A stretch of DNA of 64,000 nucleotides, from contig OZ316896.1 of assembly GCA_973895155.1 (NCBI GenBank), forward strand, positions 8,701,539 through 8,765,538, given 5' to 3'. Shown piece after piece: positions 37,620-49,824 of this stretch. The notes beneath the pieces were generated by a model. It ran no database searches and was not told where the DNA came from. It worked only from the letters and a program-made list of their open reading frames with translations. A program made the translations under genes and the position numbers. Numbering within the stretch: position 1 is the stretch's first letter; each line of letters opens with the position of its first letter. This DNA is from Marsupella aquatica (lineage: Eukaryota; Plantae; Marchantiophyta).

Positions 37620-40600
37620 CCCAAAAGTGTAGTCCAGTGACAATTGCTGTGTAGTGGGAAACCTCATTGACCCAATACGTCTGCAAAACTCAGTGCGCTC
37701 TGCCCTGGTCAAAACCCAAGGTGGATGGATGCTAGGGGGGTCTCCAGGGGGTCCAAAGATGGCCAAAAAAACAAGAAGACCATGCATCCCCATCTCCTCA
37801 TAACTTTCATAACTTTTTCTCCAATTGTGGTTCTTCTCCCCATATAGATGACGAATCAATGACCTCCCCATATTCCTTCAATGTGCATCAGATCTAACAA
37901 GTGATTAATGGGCATCTCTGACCAATATGACAACTGTGACAATGCAGACAAATGGGTCAATCATGCCACATCTGAGAAATTGTAATGGATCATCTGGGTC
38001 TTGAACTCTTTGTCATACCTCTCTCCAATATCTTGTATCCTTTTGTTGAGGTTGAGGACGGGTATCAGGTTGGCCCTCATCAGTGTCATGCAGGAAACAG
38101 TCACTCCTCCAAGGATGGTCTGCTAGCTCGGGGGGTTACTATATGGAGGGCCGTACATCGCGTGCGACGTTTTAGGGTTTGACCCCCCTAACTTATAAGT
38201 GAAAAATATTTTTTTGCAAAGCCCTTTCTTTCTTTAAATTTTGTCATTTTTTATTAAAAAACCCCTAAAAACTTTAAAGAAAGTATGTTTTGCAATTAAA
38301 TAGGCCTATGTGTTCTTTAAAGTCGACCAGTCAATAAAACATGCCCTATGTGTTCTTCCACCAAACTTTGGAAGTCTTCCGCCACACCCATTTAAATGGG
38401 CCTATATAACTTCGTCGCACGTGATGTGCCACTTCCGTGGAAGTGACCCCCCCCCCCCCCAAGTCTGCTAGAAGATATTTGCTATGACCAATGTAAACTA
38501 TCTTCCGCAAAGTAGTTGACTTGCGTATTGCCACTCCCTCCAAATCTGGTCCACATGAAGGGCAAGCTTGATAGCTTGATGTTTGCAATCCAGAGATATA
38601 TTCAAACCCTATGATTCGTCAAGGGACAACCAGCCAATGAAATAAGGTTAGAGAAAAAAATACAATATTTAATTAAGTGCAAGAATGATGTAGGGTTAAA
38701 TTAATTGCAAGGTTTACTGTGATTACCTGGTAAATCATGCATGGTCCACATAAGAATGGCCTTGAGGGTGAATGCACGAGATAAACCTCCAGTGTTGGAC
38801 GTCCGTCATAACAATCCACACCCCTCCAAAGTTGCAAAAGCTCATCAATCAAAGGTTGCAAGTAGATGTCAATCTTTTTTACTTGCTTAGGACCCAGGAT
38901 GATCATTGAGAGTAGTAGATGACCTTTCTTCATGGCCATCCATGGAGGGATATTGTAGTTTGTTAGACCTGCTGGCCATACTTAATATGGTTTTGCTTTA
39001 CCTGCCAATGCAAAAGGGCTAATACCAGCTGCTGCCAATCCAAGTCTCACATGTCGTGGGTCAGTTTTGAACTCACCCCATCTGTCCTCTACAAATTGAT
39101 TGGGAGGAGAGTCAACCATCATTTGCATGGCACTAGCTCGTTTGTACCCATATCAAAACGATGTAGTTAGTGCCATACCATATACTCAGCCAACTCTGCA
39201 CAACGGTATTGATATTGCAATCGAGGGATGAGAGGGAAATTGAATACCGCATAACCTTTTGAGGCACCTTCCCCGTCAACATGTCATCATGGTACCGCGG
39301 CTTCTCACACTCAGGACATATGATTGCATTCTCATGCTCACCCCTAAGAAGAATGCAATCATTCACACATGCATGTATCACTTCATACTTTAGGCCAATG
39401 GACTTCAACACCCGTTTAGCCTCCTTCCAAGAGCTTGGCATGTTGTTGCCTGGTGGTTAAATGTGATCATGTAGCGTACGAAAAACATCATCCAAAAGTA
39501 GGTTGCTTGCCCCATGTCTTTGTTGCACATTCAACAATAACATTATTGTTGAGAGCCAAGATAACCTACTCCCCTCAAATATGCGAGTACGAGCATGACG
39601 TTGAGCCTCTTCCCATTCCTTCTGCTGGCCCCCCTAGAAGGATGAGTGGTGTTGTTGTTGGTGAAACCCATGTCCTCCATACCAATGTCAGCATCATCTT
39701 CATAAAATTGGTTCATGAGCTCATCCATGGCTTCCTCATCGTCAAGCCAATCTTGGGTAGAGTCATCATCCTCATGTTGTACCTCATTCTCCTCCCCATC
39801 ATTGGCCACCATAGCCTCAACAAGGTGTTGTCGCATAGCTCGTGATATTACCCCAATATCAAGCACCACATATTGATTATATCATACAACATCAATGCAT
39901 GCAATCTCATCAACATCAATATTGTGAACAACCTCAATTATCCAATACTAAAAATGGAAAACAATCCGATATATATATGTAAGTCCAAGAAACTATCTTG
40001 GATGGGAAGGTAGGGAAAATTTTGGTGCATCCCACTCATAATCACACAATAATTGTCTCCTCACCAGCTCGAATGGTCCTAACCTCTACCATCATGATGT
40101 GATCATCCATATGTCTCACAAAATATGGATCTTTAGGTGGACCAAACATCTGGATCCACTCTACGTTAGCCTCCAAATCTCTACCTCTACCCGTGGTACA
40201 CCTCCATGCTAAGCCAAAAACTTGGCGCAATGCTAAGTGTGTTACTCGCCTTGACCAAAAGGGACGCGGGAACGGGAAACTTTTGGATGGTGGGGATGGA
40301 CTCCATCCAATTGTGCATGAGTGAAGCATAAGCATCTCACCCCAAGAAGATGTAACCCCCCCACCCTCGACATATAACCGGCACACCTCCCCCTTATTGA
40401 GCCCCACCCCCTTAATTGAGACCTAACCGGCCCACCCTTGACATATAAACCCCCTTTAGTGGTGACCCCCCACACCCTTGACATATAACCGGCCCACCCT
40501 TGAGACCTAAACCCACTATGGAGTATATGAGACATTAGGGCATTTCAACATTTACTGAGTTTGTACGTGTTCAATATAGCGGGATGTTGGTAATCCTCAT

Positions 40601-40868
40601 TTGCCAAATCAGTTGTGCAACCACCCCATATGCCCATTATCAAATTAAAGCCCGCAACTACACCCATCATGTGCTAAAGTGTTCACCCTTTCACAAAGTA
40701 GGGTGGAAACTTTTCATAGTCTTTTCCTAAACCAAAAAGCACTCATAGTCTTTTGTAGTGTTCATGTGAACCGGTGCAAAGGTTCCGAGTCATTTAAAGT
40801 TGCAAAAAAGGACTTAGTGGCCTGAGTCCTATAAGGTTTGGTCTAAATTGCCCTGGTTTCTACTAGTG
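37620..40868 (-). mobile_element. Truncated, decayed CACTA (En/Spm) element with Tnp2-type transposase fragments
   Basis: Fragments IHACVNDCIL...CPECEKPRY, SMIILGPKQVKKIDIYLQPLIDELLQLW, ACPSCG, HSKYLLA|DHPWR, LDLMHIEGN and PWVLTRAERTEFC. The terminus ggtttctactagtg reads CACTAGTAGAAACC on the - strand at 40868. The other terminus was not found. Confidence 0.85.
38127..38463. mobile_element. MITE (337 bp) with ~40-bp imperfect TIRs and 8-bp TSD, inserted in the CACTA transposase
   Basis: TSD tctgctag at 38119-38126 and 38464-38471. TIR CT(C/T)GGGGGGT(T/C)ACT...ACATC(G/A)CGTGCGACG. Removing it restores ...KYLLADHPWR. Confidence 0.85.
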
Positions 40869-41564
40869 AGTGTACCGTGTGCCCCATTCTCCCAGAGTCC
40901 CTGGGCCTCCCGCAACAGCAAGTTTGAGGAAACCAGACCACTCGAATGAGATGTCGGGGAAGGACATTAGGACACTCCTCCAGACTTCCAGATTTGAGGA
41001 ACTCCGCCCTTCATGGCTCCATCCAATGCGTGTTGTACTGGGTAAGGACTCCACAAAACTGGAAGGAAAAAAGCTACACACACACCACACCCTCATACAA
41101 TTTACACATTCGCAGCATTCATTTCAAATTTTTGAAATCTGCAATCTGTCCACAGTCTTTCCAGCTCATAACCAAAATACTTGCATTCCAGCAAACTTGG
41201 CCAAGTGTAGACTTCTCGGCGCCGTTGAACCCATGTCAATACAAAGAGTTTACTCTTTCTAAGTGTGCACTCCTGGGAAGTACTTGTTGGAAGTAGAGGA
41301 CTATGGTGGACTGGTTTGAGGGTTACTAACCTATGAATTTATGACCAGAAATTGAGGAAAATATACGGTTACTAACCAATTAATTTTTGACCAGAAATTG
41401 AGGATAATGTAGGGTTACTAACCTGTAAATTTATGACCAGAAATTGAGTAAAATGTGACCCGTGACAACCATAAGTTTTTGAGCTTCCTTGGAGTAGGGT
41501 TCAGGTTCAACCCCTTCCCCAAAAACCTCCATTATAGTACACTAGCCCCACTCCTGTGTGTTGC

Positions 41565-42035
41565 ACAAAAGATGTCAAGGTGAAGAAAAATTTTGAATTG
41601 AAAAAAGATGTTGAGGTGAATAAAGATATATGTTAAGGCGAGGAAAGGATGTTGAGAAGAGAAAAAAGATTTCGTGATGAGTAAAGATGTCAAGATAAGA
41701 AAATGATGGGAAGATGGGATAAAAGAAGTCAAGGTGAGAAAAGACGTTGAGAAGAGAAAAAGATGTCAAGGTGAGAAATAGATGGCAAGATGAGATAAGA
41801 GATGGCAAGGTGAGAAAAAGATGTCAAGGTGAGAAAAAGATGGCAAGATGAGAAAAGGATAAAATTTTGAGGTGAGAATAAATATCGAGGAGACAAAATG
41901 ATGTTGAGGAGCGCAAAAGAAGTTGAGGGGAGGAAAGATATGGAGGGGAGAAAAGATGTCAAGGCAAGAAAATGATGTTGAGGTTAGGAAAAGATATGGA
42001 TGGAGGAGAAAAGATGTGAAAAAGATATTGTTGCA
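41565..42035. repeat. GA-rich degenerate minisatellite (~20-bp unit aaaagatgtcaaggtgaga)
   Basis: Roughly 20 diverged copies. Confidence 0.75.
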
Positions 42036-42109
42036 AAAGTGATATGGGAGATAGGCGAGGACAACATGAGCATGCCCATTTACACAACCCTAGGTGGAGG
42101 GTGACAACA

Positions 42110-42605
42110 CGCTCCTGAGATAGGAAATCTCATTAGTTATCAGTCACTTTCATCAGTGTACCTGAGATCAGTTTCCACCTCATCTCAAAGAGGTCGCCAA
42201 GTTATGGTGCGAAAAAAATGAAGAAAAAAAATTTGAATTGTTTTTCAAAATTTGAGGGAAAATGTTTTTTTTTAATTTAAATTTTGCCATGGGTCATCCA
42301 TACTGTACGAACACCTCATCTCGGCGAGGCCAGCCGAGATGGGAGAATTGTTTTTTGAGATTTTTTTTTTTTGGAAAATTTTTGGTTAAAAAAATAAATT
42401 CCGGTCCGTACAATCTCAAAGACCAGCTGAGATGGAGAGAGAAAATTTCCGATTTTTTTTTCGGTTTTTTTTTGGTCCGTACCACCATCTCGGTGAGGTC
42501 AACCGAGATTGAGTCCACCTTAGCTACCCAGCTGAGATGCACGGAGGTTCGAAGGCCCCATCTCAACTCCTCAGCTGAGATCTTGAAATTTTTGAGATAA
42601 CTAAT
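42110..42605. repeat. Probable non-autonomous DNA-transposon remnant with recurrent (ct/cc)gagat / atctc(a/g) motifs
   Basis: The motif recurs in both orientations; attagttatc (42132) and gataactaat (42596) are inverted copies. No TSD seen. Confidence 0.35.
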
Positions 42606-45074
42606 ACCCCCCCTCTTTTTTTCATTGCCTCCCTGATTGTCACCTCTCCCCCTTTCTCTTGGGCCGCCTCTCCCTTCTTCCCCCCTTCCCCCGACCCCTC
42701 CTAAAAAAAAAGCAACTAAAAGCAAGGGTGTGCCTTTTCTCCTTTTTTTTCCTCTAATTGCCTTATTATTAGTATCTTTATTTTCACTTTCCTTTGTTCC
42801 ACTTTGTCTCATCCCTTATCTTGTACTTATGGGAGGGTATATACTATTCATCCCTTCACCCATGGGTGTATATCATTAATTCCCCTCCCTATTTTGATCT
42901 TTATGTCTCATAGTTCTTATCCCCTCACAATGGTGTCCCAAGTGCCCCATTCTAATGGCAACACATGGCATTCACATAGAGCCTATGTCACACATACCCC
43001 CTTATTAGAGAATCTTTGTGCGTACCAAAATACTTTGTCTTGCTTGGGTTAGAGATATTGTTTTTGACAAATGAAAGGCTAGGATGAAAGGGCTTATAAA
43101 TCAAGGGTCATGAGATCTTCCCTCTAAACTTGGTTTTTGTAAACCTATTACATCCACTTATGGCCGGATAGGGTATTATAATAGTAAAAACATTATTGCC
43201 CACAAAAAAATTATTTCAGAGCAAGAGATTATGTGAATTCCAGATACCTCCAAAATGGCAAAATGGTTATACATCCCTTCAGAATTTATATATAGAATAA
43301 TGATGGTCTGGGAAATTTGATGTGGGTGCTCGCCATGTTAATTGCACTCAGGAAGGGCATTATGCCCCGTTAAGTGTACATATTAATTGCACTTATATAA
43401 CGCCTTGCTGATTTTTATCTTTGCAAGTTGCGGGACATTCATGGAGAAGAATGCACTGGTCAATATTTTGATAAGCTATCATGGACATCATCCTCTACAA
43501 TATAAAACTAGAAATCTCTTAGTCCTTGGAGTGTATTGAGATCCCGTCACCAAACTATTATAGGCAATAACTGTTCTCTCTTTTTGGGGCCTTATGGCAC
43601 ACAATGCCTTGTACACAGGATTTCATCATACACAAAATGTGCAACCAAATTGCACCCTCCATGTTAAAAACAAGGGAAGAATGGGACTCGTTTTGGGGGG
43701 CACTGTTGCACACATACCAGATGTGAAAACAAAGTGCACCCTCCATTTAAAAAGGCTCTTACAGGACACATTTTTCGGGGCACTATGGCAAACAAGCCTC
43801 ATACACAGGATATATTATGTACAAAATGTGCAAACAAATGGCACCCTCTGTAAAAAAAAAGGTTTAGCCCGGTTTTACACTTATGGGGTTGGCACTAGGA
43901 GAGGGCCGGCTGTACCTCACGTCGCCCAATCCGTTGGCACAGACAGCCAGACAGGCGCAGCCGTGACCGCATTCAAGGCCCCAAGGTCCTCAACGCACTG
44001 CCGTCAGAGAGTTCAATTCGCGGCGTCGAAGATTTGCCGTGACGGATGCAGTTGCCAGCCACGACAGCGCCAGGTGCAGAATTTGGGGTCCGGCCTTTTT
44101 ACCCTGTAGGGGACATGATTTGTCAGTTCCCGCTCTGCACTGCGCTGTGCATGACATGTGGCCAGCTGTGTCCCGGTACTGAGATCCTGTCAAATGGGTA
44201 ACCGAGGCAAGCAGGTAGGCGCGTTGGTCCCCACGCCATGGTTTTGTGTAAGGTAACCCAGGGCCTGTTCTGGGGCGGGTCATTTTTTAATGTGTTTTTC
44301 TTTGTCGCTATGGTGGGGTCCATCACTTGCCTGAAGCAGAAAATGCGAAGAAGATTCCTTGTCTGAATTTGCTGGACTATTCTGTGATCGTTAGATCTCC
44401 CCAAATTTAAAGATAATGGTCCGATTTTGGCTAATATATCTCTCTAAATTTAACCCTCATGATAACGGCTACTGCGTCCGTGGCTAGGTGGGAAAGTTGC
44501 TAATCAAGACAAAAAGCATGGTTCCCTTGTGCCAAAAAGTAGTAAAGACTTTTTGAGTGAGGTGGAATCTGGCTAACTTTTGCCACATAAAAAAAACTCT
44601 GTTTATGGGTGAGTCCTAGGGGGGTTAGAGGGTCTTTTTCTCAATACCGAAAATTTGCCAAAGTCCACCTCACTGAAAGTCTCCCCACGGTCTAGTAAAC
44701 TTTTGCCAAACTTTTTGTGTTCGAGTAGAGGATCTCCAACCCTTACTAGAAAGTCTTATCTTACCTACTGTAGCTGTTGAGTACTAAAGTACAAACAATC
44801 ATGTCCAACCCACCCATCTATTGCAACTCTATGGGATTTCCAGGCACTGGGTTTCTTATTACTACTAGCCCCGATTACCCGTTCTTTGAACGTGAATAGC
44901 GGAGAGGATAATAAAAAAATTATCAAAATATATTTTAGATTCATATTCTTTGAGGATTAATGAAATGATAAAAAACCCATCATTTTAATAGTCATATATA
45001 ATATATCATTCTCCTTGATGTGCACAGGCATTTTGTATGCACATCCATGTTCTATGCACATATGTTGTGGTGAG

Positions 45075-45790
45075 TGTCGTGACATATAGTATCGTAGCCA
45101 TAGTGTATCAAAAATATACAAGTCACCGGCAATGCATATGTGCAAGCTGCTAGCAACCAACATCCTTAGAAAAAGTCCAATCACATTCACAAGTGCCAAG
45201 AAAAAGCAACATAGGTGGTATGTACGTAGTGGAGGTGTAAACCTCTGTATATAAAAGGCGTGATAGAAACAAACGTACTGAAATCGAATCAAAAACCGGC
45301 GAGATGCCAAGATCGGCCGGGAGCATCTAACGAATCACTGTGTGAATTCCGTGTACGGAACCGACGAGCAGCCTCTGAAAAACTTTGTCTCACAGCGATT
45401 CAAGAAGAACTGAAAAATGGCAAAGAAAAACATGCCCTAAGTAGGACCGGGTCCAGGCATCACACTAACAAACACCTTTGCTTCAAGAACGGCCCAGACT
45501 CGCTACAAGAACATGACACTAACTCAAGTAGTACACTAGCCCTAACTATATACTAGCGGGCATGCGAGGGACATGCCGATGTGCACAAGAGGCACTGTCC
45601 CTCGGCATGACAGCTGTCGTGACATATAGTATCGTAGCCATAGTGTATCAAAGACATACAAGTCACCGGCAATGCATATGTGCAAGCTGCTAGCAACCAA
45701 CATCCTTAGAAAAAGTCCAATCACATTCACAAGTGCCAAGAAAAAGCAACAGAGGTGGTATGTACGTAGTGGAGGTGTAAACCTCTGTAT
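45075..45790 (-). repeat. 3' terminal repeat block: B1 (45615-45790), gc, A2 (45251-45612), B2 (45075-45250)
   Basis: B1 and B2 are both 176 bp with about 3 substitutions. A2 matches 55476-55821. A G7 tract (45791-45797) directly precedes B1 on the sense strand. Confidence 0.93.
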
Positions 45791-45829
45791 CCCCCCCAGA
45801 CCACAGCTAAAAGGAGGGCTGAAGAAATG

Positions 45830-47816
45830 TCAGGTAGCACGTGGAGCACAGGAAGGGCAAAACCATAACCCTTCTGGCACCTGGGTAAGTTCAGGCCGAA
45901 GGCAGAAAAGATGGTACCCTCCATTGCAATTATCACACAGCAGCATCTGGTCAGCATCATCAATTCGCAAACACACTTTGCAAGGGTAGTCCACAGGTGG
46001 AATCCAGGTAGAAGTCACAATGGTGGGATCCAGGTTAGGCAGATGACAAGGGGCACAATTCTTGGCATTGTCAGCAATTGTGCGCCCATCTGCCCCTTGT
46101 AACTCTAGCACTCCAGACGGTCGAATAGCTTTAACCCTGAGAATAGTATGACTGGTAGAGGTGTCCAGGGTGTCGTTAGCTTGCCGCTGCAAGTACACAA
46201 AATCTCCTACATCAAACTTCCTGACCTTGGGCTGAAAAGTGCCCCCTCGTGTGTGTGCATAACGTAGTGTGTCCCTATGCTGTGCAATGGCCAAATTCTC
46301 CATGGCCATGGGCATAACCCTCCTGAATAGGGCAGCCCTCTCAGAGATCACATCAGACCAAGTCACAGCTGAATCCAAGTCCACCACCTGAAGCATGTGA
46401 GCAGCAATAGCAGAAGGTGGAACTGGGTGATGACCAAACAACAAGAAGTAGGGAGAAAAGTTAGACAGTGATGCATGTCTGGACATCCTATACCCCATGG
46501 CAATGTAGGGTAAGGCCAGGTCCCAATCCTCCTTGTTTTTGGTGAGGCAGATCTTCCGGAGGCCCTTCTTGCATGTCTGAACCATGCGCTCTGCCAAGCC
46601 ATCTGCTTGTGGGTGATCTCGTGACGTTCGGCGATGATCAATGAGGGCCTGATCAAACAGCTCCTGGAACTCTCCTCTGAACTCTGATCCCTGGTCAGTG
46701 AGACATTCTGCACAAGCTCCAAAGCGGCTGAGAACTTGTTGTAGGAATGCCTGGCTGGTGCTACGGGAGGTCTTATCCGGCAATGCCACAAGTTCTATCC
46801 ACTTGGAGAAATGCTCTATCATGATCATGATGTAGAGATTACCCCGAGACGTGAGGGGTAATTCTCCAGCCAAATCACATGACCAGCGATAAAACATGCC
46901 CTGAATAGGGAGTGGATGAAGTGTGGGTTGCCGAGATGTGAAAGAAGTCCTCACCCTATCACATTGTTCACACCGGGCAATAACATCTTGAACCTGGCCA
47001 TGCATGCCTCTCCAATGATAATGAGGGACCAAGAGGCTACAAGTCCTCTTAACGCCAAAATGACCAAGCTCAGAATGTACCTTACGGATAAGGCCAACCC
47101 TCTCATGAATGGGTGGAACCACCACTTCCCTGTCTGGCAAGCAGCGCACGAGATGATCTCCCTTCCACAAGTAACACTTGGACCTTTGCTGAATTCGGTC
47201 TCTCTGGGTTGTAGTAACATGTATGGGGTACTCCCCATGCTGCAAAAATCTCAGAGTGTCGCTGTCCTCCCATATGTCCACCACAGGTTGGTCAACGATG
47301 TAGCATGGCAGCAAAGCAAGATAGGTAGATGCATGAAATGTAGGCAGGATGAAAACCTGGTCAAAATCCTGCCGTGCATCTGAGGAATCATCAGAGGCAA
47401 TCAAAGGGCTGCGGGACATAGTGTCAGCATTTTGATGTGTCACACCAGGCCTATGAATTACCTCAAAATCATACTCCTGGAGTATGAGTGCCCAACGAGC
47501 AAGCTTGCCAGTAAGCTTGTCGTTGGTCATCAACCACTTCAAGGGCTGGTGGTCGGTGTAGAGAACAAACCTGGTCCCATAGAGGTAGGGCCTGTAATGT
47601 ATTACAGCCCACACAACAGCAAGGAATTCACCCTCATAAGAAGAATAATGACTCTCTGCCTGATTGTTGCTCCTGGATGCATAGGTAATGACGTACTCTT
47701 TACCTTCCTCATCATGCTGGCCCAGAATGGCACCAATCCCAAGGGCACTCCAATCTGTGTGTAGCACAAAGACCTTGCTGAAATCAGGTCTTCTCAGCAT
47801 CGGGTATTCTGAGAGC
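45830..47816 (-). CDS. RNase H - DDE integrase - PHD finger, open frame
   Basis: RNase H: LHTDWS, YEGE, YTDH. Integrase: VHSELGHFG..CEQC, CDLAG, TDQGSEF, LAERMVQ. Terminal PHD C4HC3: CKVC...LLCDNCNGGYHLFC...WFCPSC (45848-45982). Confidence 0.95.
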
Positions 47817-48473
47817 CCCCAGCCTTTGTAAACTAAAGAGGTATACGTGCGTACACCCCCCTCCCTAGTACCCCTTATTATTTTTGGAAGCCTATAAAAA
47901 TTTCTCTTGTTATTCTTAAAAACTTAATTTTGGAGAATAAATCTGCCCCTTTGAGATATTATAATTTCACATTTTACACCATTTATGAAAGCCTTGAAAA
48001 GTTATAAATTCATCATGTGCAAACGGTTCTAAAACTGACGGGAGTGTTTTGGAAGGGTTTTGGGTACATACATTTTTGTGTTCGTGACCCTTTAACCCCA
48101 AACTTCAACTTTGGGGCATTTCTGAACCATAGGGCAGGGTAGTCAGGGTTCAAAAGCTCCAAAGTCCTAAACTACTCTGAATCATAGATGTTGCAAACAT
48201 AATTATATGTCATATACACATGTTCCAATAAAGGGTGGCCACAAGGACCAATCCTATTGTGACGCGTGTCACATCCATATTACATCACCTCTTGAAGCAT
48301 ATTAACTTGGGCGACATTTATATAAGCCTATATTAGTTAGAAAGGGTTCTTTGAATAAAACCATCCCTTGATATTTCTAAGCCAATTATAAAAATTAATC
48401 TCAAATCAGATTTTTTGCACCCTTCATCCGTTCGCACGTCCAGCCCATTATTAATAATGTTGGGGGCCCAAGG
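47817..48473. mobile_element. 657-bp AT-rich non-autonomous insertion with 8-bp TSD between RT and RNase H
   Basis: ctgagagc is duplicated at 47809-47816 and 48474-48481. Removing the insert restores LKEKLSEYPMLRRPDF. Short inverted cagcctt/aaggctg motifs lie near the ends (hAT-like, uncertain). Confidence 0.85.
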
Positions 48474-49480
48474 CTGAGAGCTTCTCCTTCAAAGTGGCAA
48501 ATGCTGCCTCAGCATCTGTACTCCATGTCCAAGTCACATTCTTTTTCAACAAAGCATACAATGGGTGTGCAATGGTACTGAAATCTTTGATGTAGATCCG
48601 ATAGTAATTGCACAACCCAATAAAACTCCTCAAAGTGTGAACATCGGTAGGAGTGGGCATTTCCAAGATGGATACCACCTTGGCCCAATGAGCCATGGTT
48701 CCATTTGGAAGAATGCGATGCCCAAGATATACTACTGATCTGACAGCAAATTCACACTTCTTGGGGTGTATCTTTAGGTTCACCTTCTTAAGCCTCATGA
48801 ATAGCTCCTCAAGGTCAAGTAGATGCTGGTCAAATCCTTTGCTGTGGACCAACACATCATCAATGTAGCATTTCAGAAACTCAGCACCTTGAAGAACCTG
48901 GTCCATGACTCTTTGAAAGAATATGGGCGCATTCTTCAAGCCAAATGGCATCACCAACCACTCCCATAGTTGGTTACTACCATGGAAAGTTGTTTTCTTG
49001 CGGTCTTTTGCAAGCAGCAAAATCTGGTTGAAGCCTTGCCTTAGATCCACAAGAGTGAAGATGTCTGAGTCTCCAATACTGTCAAATAGCTCCTCTGGCC
49101 GCGGCATGGGGTACCTGTCCTGGGGTGTGACCAGGTTCAATGGCCTGTAGTCCCCACACATGCGCTTCTCTGTCCACAATCCACTGGAATCCTTCTTTGC
49201 TGGCATCACTATAGCTGCCGCAAAATCTGATGTAGATGGCTGAATAAGACCAGCTTCATAAAGCTCTTGGCACCTCTCATCCACCAGCTGCCACTCATGC
49301 TTACTCAAACGGTGTCTCCGCCTGAAGATAGGTGTTTCATCAGCCAACTCAATGGAGAACTGCATAGTTTTGCACTTACCCAAGTCCTTCATAGAGAAAG
49401 CAAACACATTCTCATGCTTGAGGAGCAAATTCAGCAGCTGGTCCTTTTGTCTTTTACTCAGGTGGTTGCCCATGATAAAT
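48474..49480 (-). CDS. Gypsy reverse transcriptase domain
   Basis: RMCGDYRPLN, VDLRQGFNQI, MPFGLKNAP, YIDD, YLGH and SFIGLCNYYR. Confidence 0.95.
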
Positions 49481-49824
49481 GTGTAGTTGGCAACACTAGG
49501 AATAGGACCTAATGTACTCGTGCTTGAAGAGCCAGAAGTGCCAACCTCTCCACTGTCCAAGCTGCTAGCATGCTGCTGATAAGGTGATGAGGCCTCTCCA
49601 AGGCCTGTTGTACCTGCTGATCTGAAGTGGTCCACACCATGAAACTCAGAAATAATGTCAGCCGCATTACAAGGGACCTCCTCCCCCCCAACACTTGGAC
49701 TGAAGTGGTGAGTGTTGGACAGAGGTAAGTGCACCTGGTCTGGATGCCATGCAGCAGCACTGTGGAGTGGTAGGGCTGGAGCCCCTAATGCTGGAGGAAT
49801 GTACATCTGAAAAAGGATGCAAGT

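Noticed and set aside
45075-45612. Reading 45075-45612 as a normal 3' LTR with a truncated 5' LTR
   Set aside because: It does not explain the extra B copy directly after the G-tract, the lack of a PPT before A2, or the primer-like complement exactly at the end of A1. It remains the alternative to test.
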